Assembly: GCA_013265495.1 (NCBI GenBank)
Contig: MU057560.1
Location: 632,753 to 696,752 of the forward strand
Length of the DNA stretch: 64,000 nucleotides
Reading direction: 5' to 3'
Origin: Vicugna vicugna
Lineage: Eukaryota
Below the pieces are notes generated by a model that did no database searches, was not told the origin of the DNA, and was given only the letters and a program-made list of their open reading frames with translations. Both the position numbers and the translations under genes were made by a program. Shown here piece after piece: positions 12,908-25,954 of the stretch (position 1 is the stretch's first letter; every line of letters starts with the position of its first letter).

Positions 12908-13300
12908 TACAGGGTCCAAGATTTTACCACAATTGTGAGCTGCCGAGTCAGCTGACCAGAGATTTGTGGTTGCTTGCAGAAGACAAGAGACTCCTAGGTC
13001 ATAGAGAAAAGACCATTTCTGAATGGACAGAAAGCAGCATGCAGTCATAATTGTATTAGTGGCCCCATTCCGTGAGGCGTGTGGAAGACCAAGGGCAGAT
13101 ACTGATGAAGCGGTGTATTTGCATCAGAGCTGGGGAACCCCAAACTTAGGAAAAACCAGTCTTTTAGAGTGGACTATAAGCAAACCCAGCTTTGGCGCCA
13201 AAGAGAAACATTACCCTCATCATCGCGAACTGTTAAGAAACTTGCTCTTTCCTTTAGGGAAAGAACTCCTTTTATCTTTCAAGGTTGTTCCCTTCTCATG
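12908..13300 (-). mobile_element. ERVL-class LTR (MER54/MER73-like)
   Basis: agggtccaagattttacc...gcagaagacaagagactcctaggtcatagagaaaagac resembles recalled MER54-type sequence. Confidence 0.55.
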
Positions 13301-13467
13301 CTTGGAAAGTTAGGCTTAAAGAAGTTAACCAGTGTTTTGGCTCACAAGCCTTGAAGTCCAGTATGTCCACAGAAAATTTCTTCCATCAATGGCAAAGAAA
13401 AAAAAATTTCACAATTTTTAAGCAAAGCAGAAAATGCATGCAAAACACAGCTGGAAGCCCTGCTCAG

Positions 13468-13657
13468 CTCTGCTGTGCAACAGGGCTTTGCTGAGAGGGA
13501 GACATTCCACATCTGCGCTGACCACAGTGCATCCACTAGCCATGGAGCATGGCCGGGCACTTGAATCTGGCTAGTGTGACCGAAGAACTGAGTGCTTAAT
13601 TGTATTTAGTTTCAAATAATTTAAAGTTCAATAGCCGTGTATAATTAGCAGCACGGC
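13468..13657. mobile_element. hAT-Charlie DNA transposon (MER3-like)
   Basis: catctgcgctg...ccactagccat...gcacttgaatctggctagtgtgaccgaagaactgag...ttcaatagcc. Confidence 0.65.
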
Positions 13658-14084
13658 CTTAGTCTGACGCTGATTGTGAAATGGATGATTTAATACTATA
13701 GGTCCTTGAGTGCAAATACAATATCAGGGCTGAGTTACTCACGAACAGGAAAGAGTCCGTCACCTCGACTTTGTGTCAAAAGCCTGGACCTTCTCACTGT
13801 GTTAGAAGAATATATGACAGTGTCCTTTCATCCTGCATGACACCTGTGTGCCAAGTTCATTTCCACGAAAAGGCAGGCTATGTTTAAATTCTTACTAAAA
13901 TTTCTAGTAAAATTGCTTTTCCCTACCCTTTGATTCTTACTTCTGTCCATTCTTCTTTCTGACTTAAAGATGTATATAGAAATACACACACACACACCTA
14001 TTTATTTCCACTGGGCTCAGGGAGCAAACAGTAATGACTTTTTCCTGGTGTGCAGAGGGTCTAACACCTTCCCGTAAGACCACA

Positions 14085-14500
14085 TAACACTTCTTCAACC
14101 AAACAATTTACTCCGTGGAGAGATACAAAGCGACAAGCCAGTGCCCACGAGATCCCCTTGTATTACCAAATGCCAGGTCCCAGGGGCAGTTGCTTTTTGA
14201 AGCTGAAATAAACCATTGCAGCTGAAAACCTTGTGAGGGTGGAGGGTGTCTCAGACACTAATAATACAGCTGTTTCTCCCGTGCCCGGGACACACGATTC
14301 TAGGAATCATGGTGAACGTGAGAACGGGGCCTTCGTTAGCGCATTCAGTGATGCACCCCAAAAATGTGATTCCTCACGCTGGGGCTCTAGGTTCTGCTGA
14401 GTTCAAGGTTTTAGTACCTAAGGGAGGAAGGTTTCCACAAGGGAAAGCATCAATATTTGACGTGAATTTTTAGTAGGTCATTGGCAGCTGAGGGCACCGT
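14085..14500 (+). mobile_element. ERVL/MaLR internal fragment (integrase end to dUTPase-like start), degraded
   Basis: gctgtttctcccgtgcccgggacacacgattctaggaatc; peptide ALGSAEFKVLVPKGGRFPQG resembles the ERV-L motif LCSAGLEVLVPEGG. Confidence 0.65.
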
Positions 14501-15896
14501 GTGAACTGACGGCTCGATTCAGACTGTCCCTCTGGTGTCCCCTCAGTAGGCTCCTTTTCTGCTGACCATCCGCTGAGGTGTCCTCTGGTGCCCCTGACTA
14601 GGAGCCAGGCCTGGTGTGACCTTCCACAGTGAAACTCCCAGCCTTTTCTGCCGCCCAGTGCTGCCTGTGAAACCGCAAGCAATCAGACACGGCAATGAAA
14701 ATGCACATTTTTATAACATATGATGCCCTAAATGTCAACTGAAAGCATGTTTTCAAAAACTAAACTCCACTCTTAGTTTTGCATTTCCCAGATTTATTTG
14801 ATGCCAATCCTCCCAGTCCGCGTTTATCTCTTTCTGCACGAAAAGATATGAAATGTTTTTTCCTACTTTCTTTCCTTTACTTCTAAGCCCTTTCCTCTTG
14901 CTTGTATCTTGCAAGTCAATTCCGCTAAGCAACTGATCATATAAGCAGAGTTTTAAATTCTCCCTGTGTACACTGATTTCTTTTTTTTCCCTTCAATCTC
15001 CAGCCTATTGATTAGACCACTTGATCAACTGAATAAAAGAACAGCATCCTGTGGCGTATTCCACACTTGGGCACGTCTGCTTGAGGAGGAGAATGCAGAT
15101 GTTCGTTTTCATTCTCTGAACGATTATGCCCTTAAATGCCGCACTGGACAGACACATCGGTAAGCCTTGTGAAGTTGCCCCGTCTCTTTTCTAGGCCGTC
15201 TTCAGGGCCCCCGAGGCCCAGCCGGCCCGGAAACTAAACGGAAATGATTTGCTGTTTACGCAGGGCCTTTTGTTCTGTAAGTCGTGGGCTCCGGCTTTAA
15301 CCTTTTATCTGCCCCCCCTTGAAGCACCTACCACAGGGCACCGTGTCCTCTCCTCTCTGCACCACTCCCCTGAGCGTGCTAAGGGGCCCGCCCAATGCAT
15401 GGCACAGAGCGGGTGACGTACAGATGAGAAAGACAGAGGAAGCGGAGGGCAGGAGCCATGGGAAGAGAATGGAAGAATTCACCTTAAGAGAATATAGGTC
15501 TATCTTGATGAGTGACTTTTAAAAGTATGTGAGAGCTCTTAAACGCTCTTTAAATAGGAGTTATTAAATTATTTTATTCTAATATTTTTTACTAATACTA
15601 TTGGGCCCTTCTTTCAAACAACACTCTTCTAAACAACCATTGGGCACACATTAAGAGGACACTGGTTGAAGGAGGTCCACATACTGGCACAGAATCTCAC
15701 TCTGGTCCCACCCCTGGTTTCTCCAAAGAATAGGGATGTGCCCAGAGACGGATGCTACTAGCACCTAATGAATGCATTTCCCCTCAGAAGGTGTAGTTGT
15801 CTGGGGTCCACGGGGCCACTTCACTGTGTGCTCAGGTGCGGATCTTGCCAGGGGGACCAGCCTTGGATCCCAAGCCACTTCTGTATTGTCTGGAGA

Positions 15897-16642
15897 TTTT
15901 TTTTAAACTAAAGTATAGTTTACTTACAATGTTGTGCTGATTTCTGGTGTGCAGCATAGTGATTCAGTTATACATGTATGTATTCCTTTTCATATTATTT
16001 TTCATTATAGGCTATTACAAGATATTGAATATAGTTTCCCAGGCTATATAGTAGGACCTTGTTATTTATCTATTTTATACATAGTAGTTAGTATCTGCAA
16101 ATCCTAAACTCCCAATTTATCCCACATCATCTCCTTTCCCCTCTTGGTAACCATCAGTTTGTTTTCTATGTCTGTGAGTCTGTTTCTGTTTTGTAATAAG
16201 TTCATTTGTGTCATTTTTTAAGATTCCACATAAGAGTGCTATCATATGGTATTTGTCTTTCTCTAACTTACTTCACTTAGTAGGATAATCTCCAGGTCCA
16301 TCCATGTTGCTGCAAATAGCGTTATTTCATTCTTTTTTATGGCTGAGTAGCATTCCATTACATAAATACACCACATCTTCTTTATCCAGTCATCTATCGA
16401 TAGACATGTATGTTGCTTCCATGTCTTGGCTACTGTAAATAGTGCTGCTATGAACACAGGGGTGCCTGTAACTTTTCAAATTAGAGTTTCCTTTGGAAAC
16501 ATGCCCAGGAGTGGGAGTGATGGATCATATGGTAGCTCTATTTTTAGTTTTTAAGGACCCTCCATATTGTCTTCCACAATGGCTGCACCAAACTACATTC
16601 CCACCAACAGTGTAGGAGGGTTCCCTTTTCTCCACACTCTCT
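15897..16642 (-). mobile_element. Relatively young LINE-1 3' end, 5'-truncated
   Basis: Poly(T) then aagtatagtttacttacaatgttgtg; ORF 16263..16457 MFIAALFTVAKTWKQ is L1 ORF2 C-terminus-like; closely similar to 44830-45708. Confidence 0.95.
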
Positions 16643-16739
16643 ATACAGAGAGTCCTGCATTAAATTTCAAACGCCCAACATTCAGTGGAAGCCTAACAGC
16701 CAACAGCCAGTATCCCAGACAAACACTGATTCTTTCCTT

Positions 16740-17000
16740 CCTACGTTGACCCAGTAGATGCTAACTGAGCCCCAGGTGTATTTCAGGAACCGCTGAGTAA
16801 AGACTGGGAACCCCTGGCCTCTCGGCTCTCTACAGAGGAAGGCCACCAACAGACCAAAAAGCAAGTTGTAGGCGCCGATAGTAGATGTTAAGCGTTTCTG
16901 CAGAGGAAACTGAAGCAGGGGAGGGAGCCAGGAAGTGTGTGGGTTAGTGTGGGTGTGGTCAGGGGGCGCTCTAAATGAAGCATGAGACAGGAGTCTCCAG
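16740..17000 (-). mobile_element. L2 3' fragment
   Basis: ctaactgagccccaggtgtatttcaggaaccgctgagtaaagactgggaacccctggcctc...gaggaaactgaagcaggg. Confidence 0.45.
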
Positions 17001-17689
17001 TGTGGCCTTCTGTGAGAAAGACCCCCTCACACGTATGTAGCCGGAAGGGATGCCCCACGTTCATCCATCCCTATCGTGTCACCAAGCTGGGCCAGGTGTG
17101 GGACGTAATACGTGAACGAGGTACAGGCTCTGTTCCCAAGGAAGTCACAGTCTAATGGGAGGAAAGACACTGTCACACTGCAGAGATGTGTGCAGCGTGT
17201 GTGCGCAGCATGTGAGGGAACTGGGAGCCTCCTTCACTGTGGTCATTGTCACCAGAAGTCGGCGAATGCGCCTGTCAGCAAGGACTGGCCCTGGCGTCCC
17301 AGCAGGCCGCCGGTGCTCATCCCTGCCCCTTGCGCTGTGCCCTTCGCCCTCCCCAAACCCCGCTGCTCCCCCACCTCGGGCCAGACCCTCTGCAGGTGCT
17401 GAGAGGGCGGCAAGGAAAGGACATTCAGCGAACTTCCAGGACGCGCTCGAGGACAGGCAGGCGTAGGTGACCGTGCAGGGCGTGACTCGTCCCCTGAGTG
17501 CCAGTCTCGGGCTCCCGGGGGTGGCTGAGATACCAGGACACAGAATAAAGCTCAGAAGCCCCTCTCGGGTCTCTTTTGCGGTTATCATCTGGCCAACGTA
17601 CCGGTACTTCCAGCTTTCCAGAAGCTCGCTTTACACCACTTGGCTTGTTAGAAAGCCCTGCCTTAGTGTCTGTTTTCGCTGACTGAAAG

Positions 17690-18510
17690 GAATCGGAAGA
17701 GGATTTTTGCGTTTGCGAACAAAGAACAGCAAAAGCTGCGCCCAGTGTGTGTTTCGCAGCCGCCTGGCCAGCTCCCCCCGCCCCGCACCCGGCGCCTCCG
17801 CATCCGGCCGCCCGAGCCCGGCGCCGCGTCTGCGCGCATCTGTGCTTCCTCTCGTCGCGCCTTGCGCGTCCCTCAGCCAGATGCCTGCGCGGTAATCACT
17901 CCTCGGCCCCACACACCATCTCAGCGCGAGACGGCCCACAGGAAGGCCCTACTTTCAGCGGGGGAAGGGGGCCTGTCCTGGGGCGCCATCCCAGTCAGAA
18001 CCCTGGATGCGCCCCGGCGGGCCGAGCCCTCGCCTCCCGTCCGCTCCGTCCAGTCCCTCTCCTGGAACAGGCCCCCGCCCGCCGTCTCCTGAGGGCTTGC
18101 TCCTCCCCGTCCCCTCCTTCAGGACCCGGCTCGTCGCTTCCCTGCTCCACCACGGCTGCCCCCGCCTCCCCACGCTGGGCCTTGTGCCGGGGGAGACGCC
18201 GCTCTCCCTTCACTGCGCGCAGGCGGGGACTCGCGGTCAGGGCTCCCCGCCAGGGGCCGCCGTCCCCGCGGCACAGGGCTCTCCCTGAAGACGGGGGCCG
18301 ACTCTCACGTCTCCCGGCTTCCTTACTGCCGAGAGCCATGCCGAGCACGCAGCAGCTACTGAGAAATGATCGCCGTTCATTTGTCTTTGCACGTATTTAA
18401 TACAGAAATAAAATTAGATCAAGTCACTCCAGTTGCGTTAGAAGTAAAAAGGAAGAGAGCTGTCGCCCAGTGTGTCGCGGCAGCTGGGCCTCGCCGAACG
18501 CGGAGGTTTG
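17690..18510. promoter_or_regulatory. CpG-island-like region
   Basis: Dense CpG and very high GC; GC box ccccgcccc near 17776; tgcgcgca motifs near 17831 and 18214; no associated exon identified. Confidence 0.6.
18030..18375 (+). mobile_element. GC-shifted L2 3' end inside the CpG-rich region
   Basis: gtccctctcctggaa...tccttcaggacccggctc...ccctgaagacgggggccg...atgccgagcacgcagcagctactgagaaatg follows the block order of the L2 3' end. Confidence 0.45.
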
Positions 18511-18799
18511 TTCTGAATCTGTGGCTCTTTGATTTGCAGCACAGGGTGCAGGTTTCCTGAGCTCTTTAATGTGATGGAATTGGATTTCTCATGATTTTCA
18601 ACAGAACCCAAGCCTCTGCCTTATTTTGCAGCTTACTGAGCTGGTCGGAACATTTTGAATTATGGAAAGCAATGTCAGACAATCTGTTCTCCCGCAGCAT
18701 AAAAACTATAATATTATCTGTAATTACAAAATATTTTTGGAGTCAATGTTCCACTTTTAAAATATCACATGGACCAAAAGTACACACAACACACAATGC

Positions 18800-19700
18800 T
18801 TAAGAATAACAGTAAAAAATGAACACCTGAGCTTGAGAAACTCCCAGAACAAAGTTGGAAAAAAGAAGTCTGGCCAGTGATTTTGAAGTATCCTGTTGCC
18901 CCTTTCCAAACACAAACACCTTCTTCCCCTCAGGGAGGGGAAGACACAGTATCAATTGTACTTCATTTTTTAATTTTTGTTTGTTACACTTTGGGAGGGT
19001 TTTGGGGGTGGGCAGTAACTAGGCTCACTGATTTATTTTTGATGTCGGTCCTGAGGATCGGACCCCAGACCTCGTGCATGCTAAGCACGTGCTGTACCAC
19101 GGAGCTAGACCCTCCCCTGATTGTATTTTTAATTCTTTGCTTTCCTTCCTAATTTTCTCACATGTCTGCTAGCTATCTCCATAACTGATACATTAATTTT
19201 TCATTTGATTAAGTGAATTATGCTGTCACACCTTTTTCACTCAACACTGTGTTCACTCAACACTGTGTTTTTGAGCCTCACCCACGTCGACGTGCGTGGC
19301 TGAGGTCCACTCAGTCTGGCCGATACACTCGGTGCTCCTAGTTGGTGCCCATCTCCCAGTGCATCAATACAATGTTCTACCACGTGCTTCTGTGGCCATC
19401 TTTCTCCTGCTTCCTTGGACATGTGAACCAGTGTCCAGGGCAGGTCCACAGGTGAGGAGTTGCCTGGCTCAGCTCTCTAGACAACCTTCCTGGGAAGCCT
19501 TCCTGTGACTGTGCCCGTGGGCGCCCCGCCAGCTAGCAGGACAGACACCACTGCTCCCCGGCGTCCAGGAGACGGGGTTTTGTTAGAATCGTTTTCTTTC
19601 CACTTTGGTGCTCTCACTGTGGTTCTGATTTGCACACTGCTGCTGCCCGATGAAGCTCAGCACCCTGACCTGTGATGGAACACAAGTGGGACCTGGTCAA
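18800..19700 (-). mobile_element. Old L1 (L1ME-like) 3' relic
   Basis: ttttcactcaacactgtgtttttgagcctcacccacg; ctcactgtggttctgatttgcac. Confidence 0.5.
18976..19117 (-). mobile_element. tRNA-derived camelid-type SINE
   Basis: cagacctcgtgcatgctaagcacgtgctgtaccacggagctagaccctcccc; same family as 6857-6980; atttttaatt on both sides. Confidence 0.85.
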
Positions 19701-20540
19701 GCCTGAGGCCCCGTGTCCTTCTCACACTGACCTTTACAGGTGGGAGGATTTAAATCAAAGGAAGCGGATGTGAGTGCCCAGAAGCCTGCCTCTCACTAGA
19801 AACGTAATCTTGGCAAAGTCACAGTTTTTTCCTAGGCATGAGGGACTATGAAATGAGAACAATAACCCCTCATCTCTCCTGAGACACCATAGGTAAAGCA
19901 CGCAACGGTGACTGTTTCTGGTTGTCACAGTACTTGCATGTCCCTCACTTTTTACCCCATTCTTCTAACTCAGGACAAGTCTTATCTGATGGACAGTGGA
20001 TGGATGTCTGAGACACACGCTAAAAATGTTTTACCATCTACCCAACAATGCTGGAAATTTGACATCAAGAGTGTCAACAGCTCCAGCTGAGAACTTCTTC
20101 CAAGTTAACTTTCTTGGTCAAGAAAATCTTTAAGGTGCTGTCCATCTCTCACCTAGCTCTCAGGACACAGATCAGAGAAAAATGGAGAGAAGGAAATGCT
20201 AGTAACCCAGGGGGAGGAGTGGTACCCAGGGCCTCGTCTAGCTCAGACATAGGTGAGGTCCCCACTTGCAGGAGAAAAGCAAAGATGAAGACAGAACTGG
20301 AGAAGCCCAAATAAGATGGAGCGTGAGGTGGATGGTTAACCTAAGGTGAAGGCAGAGTTAGACAGGGGTCAGATGCTGCATCAGGACAAGGAAGCACATC
20401 CACCCAGGGACTAACTGGAGACTCTGTCACTCAGTCAGTAGAAGGGGTAAGACAGAAAATCAGTGAGAGTATTCTTTGAATCCCAGCTATGTGCTAAGTG
20501 TCTTCCTAGGCCGTAGGAATCTAAAACCATCATTTTTTTT

Positions 20541-20654
20541 CATAACATAATTATTCTATGTGTATTTCTCCTTAAAGACATCTTATCTAACATACGTTAT
20601 TGGTTCATTAACATTGAACCGACGCCTCGTGCCTGAATGACGTTTATCTAACAC
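20541..20654. mobile_element. TcMar-Tigger internal fragment without terminal inverted repeats
   Basis: ttaaagacatcttatctaacatacgttattggttcattaacattgaac...gtgcctgaatgacgtttatctaacac. Confidence 0.6.
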
Positions 20655-20762
20655 AGTTCATACAACTTAATAACAACAACAACAAAAAATCCAATCCAAA
20701 AATGGGCAGAAGACCCAAACAAGCGATTCTCCAATGAAGACACACAAATGGCCAGTAGGCAC
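20652..20762 (+). mobile_element. Short young L1 ORF2 fragment
   Basis: catacaacttaataac...aatccaaaaatgggcagaagacccaaacaagcgattctccaatgaagacacacaaatggccagtaggcac. Confidence 0.85.
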
Positions 20763-22337
20763 TGTGTTAAAACCATTCCTGATGCTCGTCTCCTGGGACC
20801 TGGGGGACAGCGGGCTGAGTGATGCTCAGCCAACAGTGACCAACAATATAGCGCATACTTACAGCAGTGTAAAGTGGGAACATAAGAGGATTCCGTGAGA
20901 ACGCAGAAGAGAGGTGCCTGGTCTAGGGAAGGCCTTTCTGAGAATGAGCAGGAAGAAGTCAAGTGTGGCAGAACATTCCAGAAAGCAGCCAGCAGACAGT
21001 AGTCTTGGTTAAGGAACTGGAAACAATCCTGTTGGGTTAGAGAGAAGAAAACACAATGTTTGGTGTAGCTGGGAGGTAGCCGAGGTCAGACCATTCAGAG
21101 CCTCATAGGCGGGTGCAAAGATTTTGGGGTTTATTCCAAGAGAGATGGAAAACCATTGGTGGTTCTGAAGTTGAGACATCCCATGCTGTCTGTCGCCTGA
21201 ATGTTTAAGAGAACCCCTCTGCTGAAACACAGGGAAACCCTTTGAAAGGTGACTGTGGTTACTCACGTGATTCTTAGTGGTAGCCTGAAAAATAAAAACA
21301 CGTGGAAAAAATTATGCTAAAATTTTAGATGGCTCAGAAGAGTTCTTAAGAATGCAGAATGTGTTATGTTGCTACTTAGGAACTGATTTATTCTTGTAAT
21401 ATAATAAAAAAGTTTAAATGAAAAGATAAATTACTAATGTTTATATGTTTTAATCAAATTCTATCTGTATGCACATAGGAGAAAGAATAGGAAGAAACAA
21501 GATGACAGGCAAAAGGGCACTGGCTTGGCTCCAGGGACAAATGATTTTCAGTCCTAACTCTGTCATTCATTTTCTCTGCAACTTCAGTCGCTTACATGTT
21601 GTGGCTCTGGTTCTTCTTGGATGAAATGGTAGAATTTGAACACAATTTTCTTTCAGGTTTCTCCCAAATATAAAGTTAAAGAGAGGTTTAGAACTATTAA
21701 GTTGGTTTGTTTGGAGGTAAGAGATCATTGAAGTAGATTCTTGCTTTCAATTCCAAATTATTCAGCCTTATTTTTAAATCACAAATGCGGTGAAACCAAG
21801 ACATAGGCTGTTGCATTTTTTAGTTTGTTTCATTGGAGAATCTGGATAAAATGAAAAGGTCGTACAACAGTTGTAGACAGCACAGGAGGCCACAGCAAAC
21901 TGAGACCTGGGCTACTGATAATACAGGTCAGGATCAAAGTCCCTCTCGGTGCCCGGTGCCGCCATTCACAGCTGGAGACCCACCTCTGCCTTAAGCCAGC
22001 GCCTAAATGCCTGAGCTTCCTGGCACGTGGATAAAGGACGTTGTGGTTTTCAAAGGGGTTTCTCACTCACACGCTCTCTCCTTTCACTCCTCTAACGGGC
22101 CCCTGAAATAGGGGGAGCAGACACTACCAGGCCCATGGTGCAGAGAAGCCAGCCGAGGGGCAGTGAGACAAGAGGTTATTTGACCTTCCAAGGATGGGCA
22201 GATGGCAAGAGGTGGAGAAATGGATCTGGGTCCCGGGCTGTTTCCGTGTATCCCACAGCCTTAATGACTGAGTTGGTACAGGGGAGACTCAATCCCACCC
22301 CAGAAAAATAAACCTCACTGTTGCATATACACATTCC

Positions 22338-22511
22338 TGTAGGCTGAATGTGCCCCCCTGCCCAGCCACCAGCCCTGCCTCCAGTTCATGTGCTGAAGCC
22401 CTAATCCCCAACGCGGTGGTCTTGGGAGGCGGGGCCTTTGGGAGATAATGAGGTGCTGAGGGTGCAGCCAGTCTGTAGTTGTTTGTTACAGCAGCCTGGC
22501 TGACTAGGACA
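22338..22511 (+). mobile_element. MaLR LTR (MLT1A-like) with internal deletion
   Basis: 5' tgtaggctgaatgtgcccc...ttcatgtgctgaagccctaatcccc...ggggcctttgggagataat joined to 3' tttgttacagcagcctggctgactaggaca. Confidence 0.7.
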
Positions 22512-24654
22512 CACCGCCCCCCCCCCACCCCAGAATTTGACAATAAATGCCAGCCATCTTCTTTCCACCTTTAGCTTGGAAAGGCACAGAAGTTAAGCGG
22601 TTCCGGGTGCGGGGGGGTTTCCTGTTGAGAGGGACCCTCTGGATCTCAACCCAAACTGACAACATTCTCCCACTGTCTCTGTCACTGGGAGGAGCTCCCA
22701 AGGGATGTGCAGCTCCTCTGGGTTCAGAAGGCTCCACCTACAACATCAACCACTCCAGACCTAGACATCTGGCCCTTCTTGACAGCTGGAAATGACATTC
22801 CGCACGACTGCAGGTGCCCCCCCAGGGAAGCCCAGCTACCCAGTATTTGTCGGCAAAGGGCACAGCAGAGCAAGGAGGATGGGGTAAGACGGGAGCACAG
22901 GTGCACGTGGCACTGGGATGCGGGACGGAAGTATGAGAACAGCACGCTGGGACGGCTGTTACGCTGGCAGAGTGGGGTTCAGTACGGGAGACACTGACTG
23001 GAAGGGGTGACAGATGAGCGAGGATGGAAAAATGGGAAGAATGTAAATGGCTAGTGGGCAAAAATGAGTTCTCGTAGGAATTCAAGAGGCACTAGTCCAC
23101 ACAAATAATGAACAAGAAAGGCAGACATACAGAGCCGTGGAAAGGATTGTACTAACTGTATGTGGCCAACTCTCGGGAAAACTTCTGTATATTCTGCTTT
23201 CCTCCCTGAACCTGCTCTGAGGATAAAACCGTATAATACACACACATGGGCTTTACGTGCTTGCCTTCCCCCGAAACAAACGACCGCGCTTCCTCCCCTG
23301 CATTAAATAAACCATTACCAAAGCGCCACACACGCCTTTACATCTGCAGTTGAAACTGCGTGTGTGTTTGACTCCAATCACACGAGGCCAAATTGTAAAG
23401 AATCTCTTTGCAAAAAAAGGGCTGCTTCCCTGGAAAGACGGCATTTCAGTTTCTAAAGATGAGTTGAGTTCATTAGCCTTGGATGAGAATGATGCCCCAG
23501 GATGGCGGGGGGGGGGGCAATTCTGAGCAAAACTCGGTACCTACCCCTCCTGGTGCTCAGGTCCATATGCCATGAACTCGCATCTGCTTCCTTGGAAAAG
23601 GAGCTGTGTATTTAAACCTGAAAGAACTGAGCAAAAGCTCAGTGAGTAACGATATTAAGGACACAAGGCAGACGGGGCAAAGAGAGGGACCTCCCGCCTG
23701 GGGCCACTGGGGGAACCTGATGGGCACAGAAGGCCACAGCTGAGTGTCGGGTCATTGGGATCTGGAATGAGACGGAAGGGCGCCTGAGAGGTCAGCAGGC
23801 ACCAGTGCGGAGGTGGCATCGCATCCCATCCATGACATGTTGGCATCTCTGGCCAGAGTGGACAGGGCCCTCGGCACAGGGAGGCAGACTCCAGAGGAGG
23901 AAAGCGGTGGATGTCCTGTGAGGACCGCGCTCCCTGGTCCATGTCAGCACGAGACCCACGCTGAGCTTCTCAGCCTTCGTGGAGGGCAGTTCCGAGGGTG
24001 AACCAGAGTCCAGCCAGCCTCAGAGGGTGCCCGGGAAGTCTGCTTTCCGACTCCTGCTTTGACTCTCCAGGCTGAAAGGGGCATTAAGTCCTTATGCTTG
24101 TTTGGCACCGAGTTTTCTTGCCTTGATTGTGTAAGTGTGGGCCTGTCCTTCTTTCTGCTTGTTCACATTCTATCCATCCAGACTAATCGCGTTATGGCGG
24201 ATGCAGGTCCCCTGTTGTCTCTGTGCCCATCTTGTTTCCCTTCTCGGCTCGGGCTCAGCTCTGTTTTGATCAAACACCCAGGAGCTCAGAGCTCAGACGT
24301 GTGTAATCCGTGCCTGGTGCACAGAGGAGGTTACTGCGGCCCGTTTCCTTTCTGACTCATCCTTGGTGCTGTCAGACCTTCTCGTGGGGGATGATTGTTA
24401 ATTTCTTCTGGGTCTTCTTAGGAGCAGGTTCCTAGGCACCTCCCCTTGCGCTCACCCTCCTCGCTGACCCAGCTGAGACGCTGGAGCTCCCTCGCAGACC
24501 AGGTCTCCTCCTCTCTCCGTTCGTGTGTTCTGCACATCAGACTGATCGGTGAGCCTCACCCGGGAAGGCATCCCGCCTGCCCTCCTCTCGCCCGTCAGCT
24601 GGACCGCTTCCCTAGGTGGCCCCACGTTATCTTTAGCAAAGCATCCCATTCTTC

Positions 24655-25790
24655 CACTCAATCTTGTCCTCATTCATGCACTTAAGCACATTTGCTGAGC
24701 ACCTCGCTGGGCTAGGCTGTGGATACAGCAAAGGAAGGAAGCTCAGCCCTGCCTCTCCTGGATCTCACAGTCCATCATTCCTTCCGTGAATTTTTGCTGT
24801 GGATTTCATTTGTGTCTGGCACCGTCCTTGCCTCTAGGGATGTAGGAGTGAGTAAAACATTCTGCCTCTATTGACTGATGAGAGATAGGTTCATCAAATA
24901 CTCATAATAAAAAATATGTGATTATTTCTCATACAGATAAATGCTCTGAAGAAAAATAAATTTTCCATGAGACCTTATGACAAGCAAACTGGAAAGTCTA
25001 GCATTTTTTTTCTGAGAAAATGACACTTGAGCTGCTATCTGAAGGCGAAGCAGAGTTAATTCGACAAAGTAGTTGGTCAAGATCTTCCCCAAAAGTAGGA
25101 ATGGCGTGCTCAAAGGCCCTGTGGTGAGAAGGAACCAGCATATTAGCATAACCAAAAGGAGCCCAGAGCAGTGGGCAAAGAGGAAAGAAAGTGGAGAAGC
25201 AGACTGAAGGGTGGGTGGCTGCAGTCAGCAGGGTCATCCTGGCTGCTAAGAAATTGGATTTCTTTCTTTTTTGAAAGCAGTAGAAGGACATTGAAGAGTT
25301 TTCATTCTGCAACACAGAGAATGAATGAGAGGAAACCATGGTGAGATGCTGGTGAGTGAGCTGTAATAGAAATATGGGTGAGAGGTCATGGGAGCCTTCA
25401 CCAGGGTGTTGGCAATAGACCACAACAAATAATGAATAGATCTGAGTATGATTTGGAGTTAAGTTTGGAATATTTATGGTTAAATACTGGGTGGATAATC
25501 AATAGGAATATTTCAAGGATGTCTCCTGGATTCCTAGTTTATACAGTTGGGAGGCAGTGCCTCTACCATGAAGACGGACAAAGTCAAAGGAGACTAGGAT
25601 TAGAAGAGGACAAGGGTGGTGTTGGATGTGTTGAGCTGGAGATGTCCTTGGGAGCCCAAGTGTGGGTGGGAAGTCTGATATGTGGAGCTGGCGCTCTGCT
25701 TCTAGAGGAAAGATCTCGGCGGAGTATGTGAATGTGAGATTCAGTGGTGTGTAGATACCACTGTAAGTTGTTAGTAGAGACACATTTCCC
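24655..25790 (-). mobile_element. L2 fragments (two adjacent 3' ends and body)
   Basis: cattcatgcacttaagcacatttgctgagcacct; tgacacttgagctgctatctgaagg; ttggatgtgttgagctggagatgtc. Confidence 0.7.
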
Positions 25791-25954
25791 AGAAACGATT
25801 ACAATGAGCTATTTCTACTCCATCTCCCCCATCGAACTCTCACTTCCTTAAAATTAGGAATCTAGTCCGATTCCTCTCTGAACTCTCAGCTTCAACCATG
25901 TTGCCCATCAAACACTGAATAGTAAGTCACTGAAAGAATAAACACAAGTAACAC

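Larger units (their letters stand above)
20450..21230 (-). mobile_element. L2 fragment split by a composite insertion at 20522-20776
   Basis: ctatgtgctaagtgtcttcctagg...; agggaaggcctttctgag...aacattccag...gattttggggtttattccaagagagatggaaaaccattgg. Confidence 0.6.
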
